Shown here piece after piece: positions 50,754 through 59,751 of a stretch of 64,000 nt of DNA. How positions within the stretch are numbered: position 1 is the stretch's first letter; the number at the start of each line of letters is the position of its first letter. The stretch spans positions 51,374-115,373 of IMG/VR virus record IMGVR_UViG_3300045988_112234; one strand, written 5' to 3'. This DNA comes from a virus. Under the pieces are notes generated by a model, which was given only the letters and a program-made list of their open reading frames with translations, was not told the origin of the DNA and did not search any database. The translations under genes and the position numbers were made by a program.

Positions 50754-50925
50754 CTATTTATACTAGTATTGTAAAAACTCATACTACTTTCGCAAGCAGT
50801 ATGAGTTTAAAAAAAGATAAAATCTTTTACAAAACGAAAATTTTACATTACTTATAAATTTTCACAAATTCACAGTAATTATGAATGATTTTAATTTTTC
50901 AAAACATAATAAATAATCAATTATG

Positions 50926-51010
50926 TAGCTCAGACGGGACTCGAACCCGTACGGACACATGTCCAATGGTGTTTAAGACCATCTCCTATACCAATTCGGA
51001 TACTGAGCCA
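50926..51010 (-). tRNA. class II tRNA-Leu (anticodon UAA)
   Basis: anticodon stem ATGGT/ACCAT, loop CTTAAAC, long variable arm, T-arm ACGGG-TTCGAGT-CCCGT. Confidence 0.65.
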
Positions 51011-51014
51011 AGGA

Positions 51015-51037
51015 GCAACTAATTATCTGCTAGTTGC
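51015..51037 (-). terminator. hairpin gcaacta-attatctgc-tagttgc (copy 1 of a repeated hairpin)
   Basis: identical 33-nt sequence recurs at 53525-53557; lies just downstream of the 51077-51436 gene end. Confidence 0.5.
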
Positions 51038-51076
51038 CAACAATATTTATTTTATAAACCCTAAACTATTACGGTA

Positions 51077-51436
51077 TTACAATTGTTTTAACATGTTTGT
51101 AGCTATATGTAATGAAATATCCACAGTTGTATGAATATCATCATTTAATTTTAAGATATATGTATTGTTTTTATCATTCTTTCTAGTTATCTCAGATATG
51201 TATTTATGATTTATTAAAAATCCTTGTGTTGCAAGAATAAAATTAATACATAAAACACGTGAAATATTTTTTAATGAACAACACACAATAATACTATTGC
51301 CATGAACATCTATTATAGTACTATATTTACCAGATGTTTTTATACACACAATGTCATTTATGTTTATCTGTCTGTACTCTCGTCCCTTAAACACTAAAAA
51401 TGTATCAGAGTCAATCTGTATTGTTTTTATTTCCAT
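51077..51436 (-). CDS. hypothetical protein (119 aa)
   Basis: ORF. Confidence 0.5.
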   Translation of the reverse strand: MEIKTIQIDSDTFLVFKGREYRQININDIVCIKTSGKYSTIIDVHGNSIIVCCSLKNISRVLCINFILATQGFLINHKYISEITRKNDKNNTYILKLNDDIHTTVDISLHIATNMLKQL

Positions 51437-51441
51437 ATCTC

Positions 51442-51831
51442 TTAACCCATAATAAAACGAGCATCTACAATATTTTCAGGATGATGAATAGTTTTAGTTA
51501 ATCCTATCATCGCCCATTTCACAACATCAGAATGTTTAACTCCACTTTTAAGTTTATGGTAAAATATTAAATCATAAGCTTCTCCACTTTTAAAAGTTAC
51601 TTTGATTTTAAATGTAGGCTTTTCATCATTTCTAATAAGTTCGTCCATTTCTTCATCAGTTACCATGTAACTGAACAGAGGATTAGAAAGATGTTCTTTT
51701 TTGTATTTCTTTTCAAGTTCAGCTAAGTTTAACTTTGCACACTTGAGTACATATTTACAACCAAATTTCTTAGCACTTTCTATTTGTGCTATTAAATTGG
51801 TTTTACTAATAAAATAATCTTGTCTTGTCAT
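51442..51831 (-). CDS. hypothetical protein (129 aa)
   Basis: ORF. Confidence 0.5.
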   Translation of the reverse strand: MTRQDYFISKTNLIAQIESAKKFGCKYVLKCAKLNLAELEKKYKKEHLSNPLFSYMVTDEEMDELIRNDEKPTFKIKVTFKSGEAYDLIFYHKLKSGVKHSDVVKWAMIGLTKTIHHPENIVDARFIMG

Positions 51832-52016
51832 AATTTATCTATAATTAATGTGTTAATAATCTATTTAAATAATAGGTGACTGGTTATATTTAAACTATTC
51901 CATTGTCCTCAGCTATCTAACGTTCTTTCTCTTTTTAACCCAAATGATTAATTTTAAGGTAATTACGCTATTTAATAGAGTTACTGAGAGTTGTTTAGTA
52001 TCTATTTATTAATTAG

Positions 52017-52089
52017 TAGAGGATGGCAGAGTCGGACTGCCTATTAGGGAGTCAAAGTCCCTCGTGTGAAACCGTTACACTAATCCTCC
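52017..52089 (-). tRNA. tRNA-Gln (anticodon UUG)
   Basis: acceptor GGAGGAT/ATCCTCT, D-arm GTGT/ACAC, anticodon stem AGGGA/TCCCT, loop CTTTGAC, T-arm GGCAG-TCCGACT-CTGCC. Confidence 0.6.
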
Positions 52090-52155
52090 GAATAAAATAC
52101 TATTCTCATGAACCATATTTTCCAACTACAAGTTCACAATTTGTCATAAATGTTG

Positions 52156-52230
52156 CGGAGAAAGAAGGATTCGAACCTTCGAGCTAACACCTTAGCAGGG
52201 TGCCACTTTCGACCGCTCAGTCATTTCTCC
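52156..52230 (-). tRNA. tRNA with anticodon GCU (Ser-type) but a short class-I variable loop
   Basis: acceptor GGAGAAA/TTTCTCC, anticodon stem GCACC/GGTGT, loop CTGCTAA, T-arm GAAGG-TTCGAAT-CCTTC. Confidence 0.5.
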
Positions 52231-52343
52231 AATAAAGCTTCCTATCTTCACAGACAAGAAGCCTAGCAACTCTTTAACGTTATAAAGTCCGCTGACTTTA
52301 TATTTTAAATATTAATCGTATTAGTTTTTTAAATATGGAAGAG

Positions 52344-52416
52344 TAGCACTAGCGATGCTCGAAATCGCCTTTGGATCTTGAAAGAATCCCGTCCTAACCA
52401 GCTAGACAATAGTGCC
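52344..52416 (-). tRNA. tRNA-Glu (anticodon UUC)
   Basis: acceptor GGCACTA/TAGTGCT, anticodon loop CTTTCAA, T-arm GCGAT-TTCGAGC-ATCGC. Confidence 0.6.
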
Positions 52417-52590
52417 AAGTAGATTCTCTATCTTTACAGACTGAGAATCTCGTGTATTACAAATGAATACTTTTAACAAATTAAAAATTAATGGTGCTCC
52501 CTGACAGTACTGACCTGTCTTCCCGAAATTAAAAGTTTCGTGCTTCACCTTAAAGCTTAGAGAGCTAATTTATAATCTTATTTTGCACAC

Positions 52591-52636
52591 GGAGTAGGAT
52601 TCGAACCCACGCTCTGACCTTCTGAGCTATATCTCC
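52591..52636 (-). ncRNA. truncated tRNA-like mini-element: acceptor half, canonical D-arm and T-arm but no anticodon arm
   Basis: GGAGATA-TA-GCTCAGAAGGTCAGAGC-G-TGGGTTCGAATCCTAC-TCC. Confidence 0.3.
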
Positions 52637-52865
52637 ATAGCCCACATTTCTATAAAGGAGAATAGTGGTAACACCTACCTATACTAATAGATTTATTAGT
52701 TAGGATACACACTAACAATATGATTAAATTTAAATAAAATGATAGTGTCTTCTCAAATCATGACTGGTGATTGTAGAAATTCTACATAAATGAGCATTTT
52801 AAACGAAACTATTGATAATATCTAATAGTTGAAGATCTCACCTCCATCCTATCAAATTAAATTTG

Positions 52866-52935
52866 TACGGTAGAAAGGATTCGAACCAATGACCTATTAT
52901 AAAAAGAGATGCTTTAACCACTGAGCTACTACCGT
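52866..52935 (-). tRNA. degenerate tRNA-like gene (perfect acceptor ACGGTAG/CTACCGT, AT-rich anticodon arm with loop TTTTATA, weak T-stem); possible pseudogene
   Basis: hand fold has a mismatched anticodon stem and T-stem ATTGG/CCTTT. Confidence 0.3.
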
Positions 52936-52990
52936 AAGTACTAGTTTATATCGGAAAACTAGTAAAACGTTAACACATTATTATGGAAAC

Positions 52991-53341
52991 TTAAAAGCCA
53001 AATAAAAACATGGTATTTGCGGAAGTGCTGAGAGTTACATAAGGAATATTATCTCTTACTGTAATAAGGACAACAAAGCGTCTTTCTGTATTAACCTCTC
53101 TACAATAATGGATTTCTACTCCATCCTTCATTTCAGAAGAGTATATTTTTAATACCATTTTACCATACTCACTATTACTAAAAGTAATAGTTTGTCTGGC
53201 TTCATTATATACTACTGAAGTTTTAATATACAATGGTTTGCCCCATTCACCATCTTGATAAAGAGTGATAGAACCATAATTAAACGCATGAGCTATTGTA
53301 GTTAATACAATAAAACTCATTAATAAAATAATCTTTTTCAT
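52991..53341 (-). CDS. secreted protein (116 aa) with signal peptide
   Basis: MKKIILLMSFIVLTTIAHA signal. Confidence 0.5.
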   Translation of the reverse strand: MKKIILLMSFIVLTTIAHAFNYGSITLYQDGEWGKPLYIKTSVVYNEARQTITFSNSEYGKMVLKIYSSEMKDGVEIHYCREVNTERRFVVLITVRDNIPYVTLSTSANTMFLFGF

Positions 53342-53365
53342 ATTACTTAATCTTTTAATGTTAGT

Positions 53366-53445
53366 ACGGAGTAAAGGATTCGAACCAATATAACCTCTCT
53401 ATGAATTGTGGAAGTGAGGTGCTCTAGCCATTAAGCTAACTCCGC
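53366..53445 (-). tRNA. 80-nt tRNA-like gene with an unresolvable anticodon region (possible intron/long insert or pseudogene)
   Basis: acceptor GCGGAGT/ACTCCGT, D-arm GCTT/GAGC, same unusual T-arm ATTGG-TTCGAAT-CCTTT as 52866-52935. Confidence 0.3.
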
Positions 53446-53450
53446 ATGTG

Positions 53451-53523
53451 TGGTCCTGGTGAGAATCTAACTCACGACCCGGAATTTAGAAGATTCCTGC
53501 TCTATACACTGAGCTACAGGACC
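53451..53523 (-). tRNA. tRNA-Arg (anticodon UCU)
   Basis: perfect acceptor GGTCCTG/CAGGACC, D-arm GCTC/GAGC, anticodon stem GGAAT/ATTCC, loop CTTCTAA, T-arm GTGAG-TTAGATT-CTCAC. Confidence 0.7.
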
Positions 53524-53527
53524 AAGT

Positions 53528-53550
53528 GCAACTAATTATCTGCTAGTTGC
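53528..53550 (-). terminator. hairpin gcaacta-attatctgc-tagttgc (copy 2)
   Basis: identical to 51015-51037; downstream of the 53577-53840 gene end and upstream of tRNA-Arg. Confidence 0.5.
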
Positions 53551-53576
53551 CAACAATATATATGAACTTTACAGAA

Positions 53577-53840
53577 TTACTCTATTATTTCAGTTTCAGA
53601 TATACACCATTTACCATTAATTTTAACGGCTTCTACCTGTTTATTATTTACTGTCTCAAGAGATACTTTATTTTCTAAAGTTCTATTGAACGAAATAATG
53701 TATTTGTTAGCCTCTTCTTTAGAATTGACTACACGAGACTGAATGCTATTGTTAATAACATTATATATCTTTCTTAAAACTTTCATAATTATAATTTTTA
53801 TAAAGTTAATAGTATATAGAGCATTGTTTCTCAACAACAC
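53577..53840 (-). CDS. hypothetical protein (87 aa)
   Basis: ORF. Confidence 0.45.
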   Translation of the reverse strand: MLLRNNALYTINFIKIIIMKVLRKIYNVINNSIQSRVVNSKEEANKYIISFNRTLENKVSLETVNNKQVEAVKINGKWCISETEIIE

Positions 53841-53948
53841 TCTACTATAGTTTCAAATATCCATTGTAAAAGTAAAAATTTGTTAATTTCAAATTTTATA
53901 GTTTAAATTATCATATTTTGCAAATTTTAAACTTTAACAAAGACAATT

Positions 53949-54455
53949 TTATAGTATGTCTGCAATATCCACATCATTATCTTCTGAGTCTGGACAAATA
54001 TCATATATATAATTCTCATTGTATTTTAAATGATAAGCAATGTGCTCTAACTTATTAATAATATTGTTTACTTTAGCTAATCTATTATAAGTAGAATCCA
54101 AAGCCTGATTCAAAGCATTTGCAATAACTTTACACATAGTATGCATAGCTTTATCTCTTACAATTCGATTAGCTACTACCTGGTCGTCCTTATCATTTTT
54201 ACTTAAAGTAATTTTAGAAACGACTGTTACAGTAGAATTATCAACAGTAAGTCCCCAAGAAGCAAGATTTTTAATGAAAATCTTTCTTTCTTTAGAAGTC
54301 GCAATTTTTAGGAATACAGAAGTATCAGCACTTGAAACTTTTATATTAGCTCCTTCTAAGTGATCCATTATGTACTCTAAATCACAAGACATAGTACAAA
54401 ACGTACTATTACCAACTCTTTCAATGCTGTACTTTACTTTCTTAATTGTCTGCAT
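53949..54455 (-). CDS. hypothetical protein (168 aa)
   Basis: ORF. Confidence 0.55.
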   Translation of the reverse strand: MQTIKKVKYSIERVGNSTFCTMSCDLEYIMDHLEGANIKVSSADTSVFLKIATSKERKIFIKNLASWGLTVDNSTVTVVSKITLSKNDKDDQVVANRIVRDKAMHTMCKVIANALNQALDSTYNRLAKVNNIINKLEHIAYHLKYNENYIYDICPDSEDNDVDIADIL

Positions 54456-54837
54456 TTTCTTTCGTTTTAGATTGTTTGAACAATTTAATGATGCCTTTTA
54501 AAACATATTCTGGAACATTTCCACAAAGGCATCCACCATTTACATACAGTTTAATATTACCATAAGTAAATTTAGTAATTTCAAGATTTCCTTCAGCGCC
54601 ATTAGATTCATTCTCTAACCATACTGGAAAATCTTTCCATTCATCTACAGTTAATGATTCATCAATAACTGAATGTTCTTCAATAGTCGGTTTCAGAGCT
54701 TTAAAATGCTTTAAGACTAAAGTCTTATGCACTGAATCAGCAAACTCTAGTTTCTTTGGTTTCTTGCTAAGAAAGAAGTAATCTTTACCAATTTTAGCCA
54801 CAACATTTTTCTGTTTAACATTAAATAATAATTCCAT
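54442..54837 (-). CDS. hypothetical protein (131 aa)
   Basis: ORF. Confidence 0.5.
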   Translation of the reverse strand: MELLFNVKQKNVVAKIGKDYFFLSKKPKKLEFADSVHKTLVLKHFKALKPTIEEHSVIDESLTVDEWKDFPVWLENESNGAEGNLEITKFTYGNIKLYVNGGCLCGNVPEYVLKGIIKLFKQSKTKENADN

Positions 54838-54848
54838 AATTTTTAAAA

Positions 54849-55247
54849 TTAATAGTTATATCTATCTAGTTCAAGATTAACTTCAGAAATTAATCTAGAT
54901 TTATATGTAGCTAATGCTGTTTTATAAGTTTCAGAATCAGCTTCATAATGACCTTCAATATATTCTAAAGTTCCCTCTTTGAACACTACAATTTTAGATG
55001 ATAAGTTATCTGATAGAAATACTATTCCATCAGATGTCAAAGATTTACTCCTAGTAAATCCTTTATTATACATATTAATATGTATATACAAACAATCGTA
55101 GAGACTTAAAGCATTGTTTATATTGCTTCTTATATCTCTTAGCTGATTAAGTTTTACTTGTTTTATTACTTTATTATGACTGGCAATAGTCCAAATCACA
55201 CATAGAATAAAAGCAAGTATAACAATTCCTAGCAAACCTTTATCCAT
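54849..55247 (-). CDS. membrane-anchored protein (132 aa)
   Basis: N-terminal TM. Confidence 0.5.
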   Translation of the reverse strand: MDKGLLGIVILAFILCVIWTIASHNKVIKQVKLNQLRDIRSNINNALSLYDCLYIHINMYNKGFTRSKSLTSDGIVFLSDNLSSKIVVFKEGTLEYIEGHYEADSETYKTALATYKSRLISEVNLELDRYNY

Positions 55248-55590
55248 ATATTCTTGGTTCTGTATTAATGTTTTTAGAACTCATATATTGGTAAAGCCAT
55301 TTAACATTATTTACAACAAAAGTGTTACCTTTTATATCTGTAAATAATATTTTCTTGTACTTATCCATAATTAGTCCCGATAATACTAACAAAGGATTTC
55401 TAATATATGCTGCAAATGTTCCCCCCTTTATACTTTCTCCAGAAATAATTCTTAATGTATTATTAAGATATTGATATTTCTTATTGAAAGCATTAGCATA
55501 GTTAGCATTAGAAATATTGTACTCTGCATCAATCTGTGCTGAGAGCATTATTACTAAATCTCCCAGAGTATTGTGATTCATTGTTACCAT
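55240..55590 (-). CDS. hypothetical protein (116 aa)
   Basis: ORF. Confidence 0.5.
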   Translation of the reverse strand: MVTMNHNTLGDLVIMLSAQIDAEYNISNANYANAFNKKYQYLNNTLRIISGESIKGGTFAAYIRNPLLVLSGLIMDKYKKILFTDIKGNTFVVNNVKWLYQYMSSKNINTEPRIYG

Positions 55591-56061
55591 TGATAAATTC
55601 CTCCCAAAGATAATGTTTCTAAGTCACTCTTGATTGGAAGTTCTTTACCATGAATAGCTTTGTACTCCTTACTTACTTGTGCAATAGTTTTCTTTTTAGA
55701 AAAGACTAATGCTGTAATCTTAATAATGTCTTTTGTCTCCATTTTTTTAAACTATTTAATTATTAATAATGTGCCATCACCTTTCTCATTAAGAGTCTGC
55801 TACTTTGGATATGCAGGATGTAGGTTTACACTAGAGCTCTATCTGTCACAGACCGAACTCTAATATTTGTCTTTGTTGTGTTTATGGACATAGTAGATTA
55901 CTAAAGTAACTAGCCACAGACCGAACTAGCGAAAATGATCTAAATTGTATATTGTTGATAACTATTTTATTTTAAAAATACATAAGTCTTGTCTTATGAT
56001 TAACCAATTTTCTTTCCAAGATGTCAACTATTTATTATACTCTATAGTACTAGAGTGCAGC

Positions 56062-56436
56062 TTAATAAACTTCACTTCTTAAAGATTCATAGCCTTCATA
56101 TAATGGAAATTCTGAATTAAGAGTAATCTTAATAAAGACTCTGTTGTCGATAGTTACAAGTCCTACAGTTTTAATATTGCGATTACAATTATCAAAACTA
56201 GTACAAATAACTGTATTAGAGGTAAAATCTTCTATGCCTTTAAAACCCATATCAGCAAGAACCTTACATATAGGTGTTAAGTAATAAATTTTACCTTCCT
56301 TGATAACACAAGAAGAAAATGGAATTACTCTATCACTAATGTGATAAGTTCTAGCATCATGATCTATTATGAGAGCCTTACCTGCAAGACTCTCACAACC
56401 TGATACAATTTTTTTATTTAAGTTCTCTGTATTCAT
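56062..56436 (-). CDS. hypothetical protein (124 aa)
   Basis: ORF. Confidence 0.5.
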   Translation of the reverse strand: MNTENLNKKIVSGCESLAGKALIIDHDARTYHISDRVIPFSSCVIKEGKIYYLTPICKVLADMGFKGIEDFTSNTVICTSFDNCNRNIKTVGLVTIDNRVFIKITLNSEFPLYEGYESLRSEVY

Positions 56437-56457
56437 CTGTTACATCAATAATAAATA

Positions 56458-56922
56458 TTATAACTTATAATTATTTTGTTGGTATTCTGCTACTAATAAC
56501 TTAGCATTATCTGCAAGTGCTATAATATTAGATTTTAACAATCTTTTATAAGCACATAAGATAATGTCATAGCATGTCCGTGTAGAATCATATGGTTCTT
56601 CTTTAGAATCTTCCCATTGTGCGATAGTTCGAGTATTAAGACCATAGATTCCTCCAATATAAACCTCATTTATTGTCATAAGGTTTATATCTTTAGTTCT
56701 AAACATTCCATATTTATCTGGACCAAGGTTAGCATTACGAAACCCTTTATGCCAAATTCTTTTATGGAGTATCATACACTCAGATAGAGTATTGGCATTA
56801 CCAATTTTAGTAAGCCAACACTCATAACTATTAACAAGATCTTGTTGAAGTTTGTAATCTGTAACATTCTTGTTTAATTCCTTTTTATGGAAAATTTTAT
56901 TCCAAACGTTGTATTTCTTCAT
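56458..56922 (-). CDS. hypothetical protein (154 aa)
   Basis: ORF. Confidence 0.55.
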   Translation of the reverse strand: MKKYNVWNKIFHKKELNKNVTDYKLQQDLVNSYECWLTKIGNANTLSECMILHKRIWHKGFRNANLGPDKYGMFRTKDINLMTINEVYIGGIYGLNTRTIAQWEDSKEEPYDSTRTCYDIILCAYKRLLKSNIIALADNAKLLVAEYQQNNYKL

Positions 56923-57306
56923 TTTATTTAAATAATTAAATTGTTTATAAGTTTAAATATACATAATACATTTTTCGTTGAGGCACTTTAGTTTTAAGAC
57001 CTATAAACCACGTTGAGGTATGCTCTATGATATAGGATTTCGTCTAAAGTAAACTTTAGACAGGGATTTCAACCTATGGAATAAAAAACCTTTTGTTTGT
57101 TTTATTTTATTTGTGTTTTGTTATTTTTAGTAAAACATCTTACAAAGAATAAAGATATTATTGTATAATATCCTTAAAATTTATTTGATGTGATGTTGAT
57201 TTTTTGGAGTGATATATAAGTTGGTTTTAGTGAGAGAGATTGGGAAATTGAGGAAAGGTTTGTTTGGTGGATGGGGGTTGAGAATGGGGGTTTTTGTCCC
57301 AAAATC

Positions 57307-57552
57307 TCATACCAAGCCATACAAACAACTAACTTTCCTTACCCATTCCCACCTTATCCCCCACCATTTCCAACTATCTCTCCAAGTAGCATATTTGACA
57401 ACGATAACTTTATCATTTTCAATGAGAATCATAAAGATTCCAACAATTTGTGTCGGAAGTTGAACATTGTAGAATTCCAAAGTTTCTAAGTCAACAAGCT
57501 TATTTTTTCCATAAACTCCCTTAATAGTTTTGAACATATACAAAAAATACAA
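57307..57552 (-). CDS. small protein with Trp/Arg-rich C-terminus (81 aa, ...WRDSWKWWGIRWEWVRK...)
   Basis: ORF encoded opposite a C-rich/G-rich asymmetric stretch; preceded by a terminator of the upstream gene. Confidence 0.4.
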   Translation of the reverse strand: MYFLYMFKTIKGVYGKNKLVDLETLEFYNVQLPTQIVGIFMILIENDKVIVVKYATWRDSWKWWGIRWEWVRKVSCLYGLV

Positions 57553-57577
57553 AGAAATTTATAAAAAAAATTTTAAA

Positions 57578-57597
57578 GGAGAGAGATTACTCTCTCC
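57578..57597 (-). terminator. rho-independent terminator ggagagag-atta-ctctctcc plus T-run (minus strand)
   Basis: 8-bp stem immediately downstream of 57606-58019. Confidence 0.6.
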
Positions 57598-57605
57598 CCT
57601 TTTCT

Positions 57606-58019
57606 TTACTTAGTACCAATTACGTTATTAAAACGTTTTGCTCCACCATAGTTTTCAAGAGTTTCAATATCAGCTGTGAAACCTTTGAAACCCTTCTCGT
57701 TGATGATTTTAACGGCGTCATCAACATCAGCCGCTCCAGGTGCCAACATAGCCAGCACTCGATTACAATTGATAGTACGAACACCATCTAAGCCCTCTAT
57801 AGTGACGTTAGCCATGGTGGCAACTACTGCCTTTGAGGCAGCAATTCCTCTCATAACATCACCTGGCATTGATTGCTCTGATGCAGATACTGATGTATCA
57901 TCAGTGAAGCTAAACTTAAGCCCAGTAGCTTTACCGTTCAATGCAGCCTGAATGGCTGCAGCACCCATGGATACCTGGCGAAGTGCTAAAGCTCCGCCGC
58001 CTTTAACTGTAATTTTCAT
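57606..58019 (-). CDS. hypothetical protein (137 aa), Gly/Ala/Val-rich, markedly GC-richer than the genome
   Basis: long ORF with strong codon bias shift. Confidence 0.6.
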   Translation of the reverse strand: MKITVKGGGALALRQVSMGAAAIQAALNGKATGLKFSFTDDTSVSASEQSMPGDVMRGIAASKAVVATMANVTIEGLDGVRTINCNRVLAMLAPGAADVDDAVKIINEKGFKGFTADIETLENYGGAKRFNNVIGTK

Positions 58020-58109
58020 AATCTTTAATTGTTTTAAATTTGTTAATAATTTTTATTTGGTTTTTACTCCAAATATGTGGGGGGCTCTAAGGGGTAGTGA
58101 ACACCCGTA

Positions 58110-58240
58110 TAAATAACTAAATTTAATTTTACTAGCCATTAATTTCCTAAAAATTAACTAAATTTAATTTAAAAATTAACTAAATTTAATTTAAAAATTA
58201 ACTACTAGCCATTAATTTCCTAAAAAATAACGGGGGGGGG
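58110..58240. promoter_or_regulatory. divergent control region: iteron-like repeats taactaaatttaattt (x3) and actagccattaatttcctaaaaa (x2) followed by a G9 homopolymer
   Basis: repeats at about 58114, 58155, 58177 and 58131, 58203; cggggggggg at 58231-58240; sits between the minus gene starting at 58019 and the plus cassette starting at 58327. Confidence 0.4.
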
Positions 58241-58326
58241 AATATATAAAGTAACCTTAAAAATTTTTTATGCATTCCTACATTTGTTCTATTTATAATT
58301 TTTGTGACATAATTTTTGTGAATCAT

Positions 58327-58443
58327 ATGAATAAATTAATTTTAATTAAAACAAATGTTAATATGAAACAAATAGAGTCAATTAAAGTTGGAGTGGGTGG
58401 AGAGATATTATTAGCTTGTTAGTGCTCTGCCAGATATATTTAA
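58327..58443 (+). CDS. small ORF (38 codons) with one in-frame TAG at 58420
   Basis: MNKLILIKTNVNMKQIESIKVGVGGEILLAC*CSARYI, TAA stop. Confidence 0.35.
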
Positions 58444-58449
58444 GAGATA

Positions 58450-58659
58450 ATGAAGAATTTTATAAGTTATCTAAAGCAGAGTCTAATGTATTAGCTTACT
58501 TCTAATTATTATGAAGATAAAGATAGGGCACTTCCAGGAAATAAGATTTCTTTAGATGAAGAACTTAGAGATACTATTAAAATTAAAACTAACTTAGCTG
58601 CTGGAACTATACGTAATACTATTACTCCTTTAGTAAAGAAAAAGATGTTTACTATTTAA
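58450..58659 (+). CDS. small ORF (69 codons) with one in-frame TAG at 58492
   Basis: MKNFISYLKQSLMY*LTSNYYEDKDRALPGNKISLDEELRDTIKIKTNLAAGTIRNTITPLVKKKMFTI, TAA stop. Confidence 0.45.
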
Positions 58660-58950
58660 ATCCTGAATACTTTTTTAAAGGTAAAATATCTGATAGAACT
58701 CAAATTATAAAAAATATAATTGAGTATAAGTTTATTTAGTAATTGAATTTTTAAAATTTTAATTTAAAAATCTTAGAATATTAACTTTTACAAAAATTAA
58801 CTTTTTAATATTCTCTACCTCGACTATATTACTCGCGTAATCAAAAAGAAATATTAAATGAATAAAGAACAACTAATACAAAGTATTAAAGACCTTCCTG
58901 ATTAGTATAATATAAATTTATAGGTTATTGATAATGTAATTCATATAACC

Positions 58951-59160
58951 ATGACTAAAAAGGTAGATGAATTTGAAGAATATTGTAGTAAATTAGATGA
59001 TGAAACATTTAACAATGCTTGTCTAATATTTGGAATTATCTCAGATATATCTTTAGAAGATTTTTCTTCTAATTTAGATAATTCTAAATATAAAAAATAT
59101 AAACAAGAATTTAAACACATAGTGGATTTTTTAAATGATAGAAACATTACAAAAAATTAA
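58951..59160 (+). CDS. small hypothetical protein (69 aa), standard code
   Basis: ORF in the plus-strand cassette. Confidence 0.45.
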   Translation: MTKKVDEFEEYCSKLDDETFNNACLIFGIISDISLEDFSSNLDNSKYKKYKQEFKHIVDFLNDRNITKN

Positions 59161-59322
59161 TAAGATAGTTCCTAATCTTACAGTATCTCAATTAATAGAA
59201 CTAGTAAATATTATTAATGGTTTTAAAAGATATACCACATTTATTACAATAAACACTAGTGATAATAAAACTACTTCTACTGAAAATCCTTTTAGTGTTA
59301 GTAGTTATTTATAAGATAATAT

Positions 59323-59394
59323 TCTCCTATGGTGTAATGGTTAGCACAGAAGACTCTAAATCTTTTAGTCAGGGTTCGAATCCTTGTGGGAGAA
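59323..59394 (+). tRNA. amber suppressor tRNA, anticodon CUA (tRNA-Sup; amino acid identity not determinable, Gln is the usual assignment in TAG-recoding phages)
   Basis: acceptor TCTCCTA/TGGGAGA, D-arm GTGT-AATGGTTA-GCAC, anticodon stem GAAGA/TCTTT, loop CTCTAAA (U33-CUA-A37), variable TAGT, T-arm CAGGG-TTCGAAT-CCTTG; 72 nt. Confidence 0.8.
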
Positions 59395-59469
59395 GAATAG
59401 CGTAAGTAGAAACCTCCACGTGGTGCTATTCGGATAACGCTAATTCTACTTTAAAAACATAATCTTCAA

Positions 59470-59751
59470 ATGATAGCAGCAATTTATGAATTAAATGGTA
59501 AGATTTTAAAAACAACTAATCTTACTAAAAAATTAAAACGATTAAAATCAGAACCTAAGATTCTATTTCAATTAGAGAATGGAACAGAAGCTGATTTAGA
59601 CCAATGGATTAAAGATAACCAAAATATAAATTCTAATTCAGAAGAAGATATTGAAATTAAAAAATATCATTATAGAAATCCAATTACAGGATATACAATG
59701 ACTTCTATATATGATAATCTAGATGTTAATGATTATATAAAAATTGATTAA
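59470..59751 (+). CDS. small hypothetical protein (93 aa), standard code
   Basis: ORF directly downstream of tRNA-Sup. Confidence 0.45.
   Translation: MIAAIYELNGKILKTTNLTKKLKRLKSEPKILFQLENGTEADLDQWIKDNQNINSNSEEDIEIKKYHYRNPITGYTMTSIYDNLDVNDYIKID

Noticed and set aside
52156-52230. Calling the GCU-anticodon tRNA a normal tRNA-Ser
   Set aside because: It lacks the long variable arm that seryl-tRNA synthetases use, so it is listed by anticodon only.
52591-52636. tmRNA tRNA-like domain
   Set aside because: D-arm and T-arm are adjacent with no intervening mRNA-like or pseudoknot region, so it is not tmRNA architecture. Kept only as a truncated tRNA-like element.
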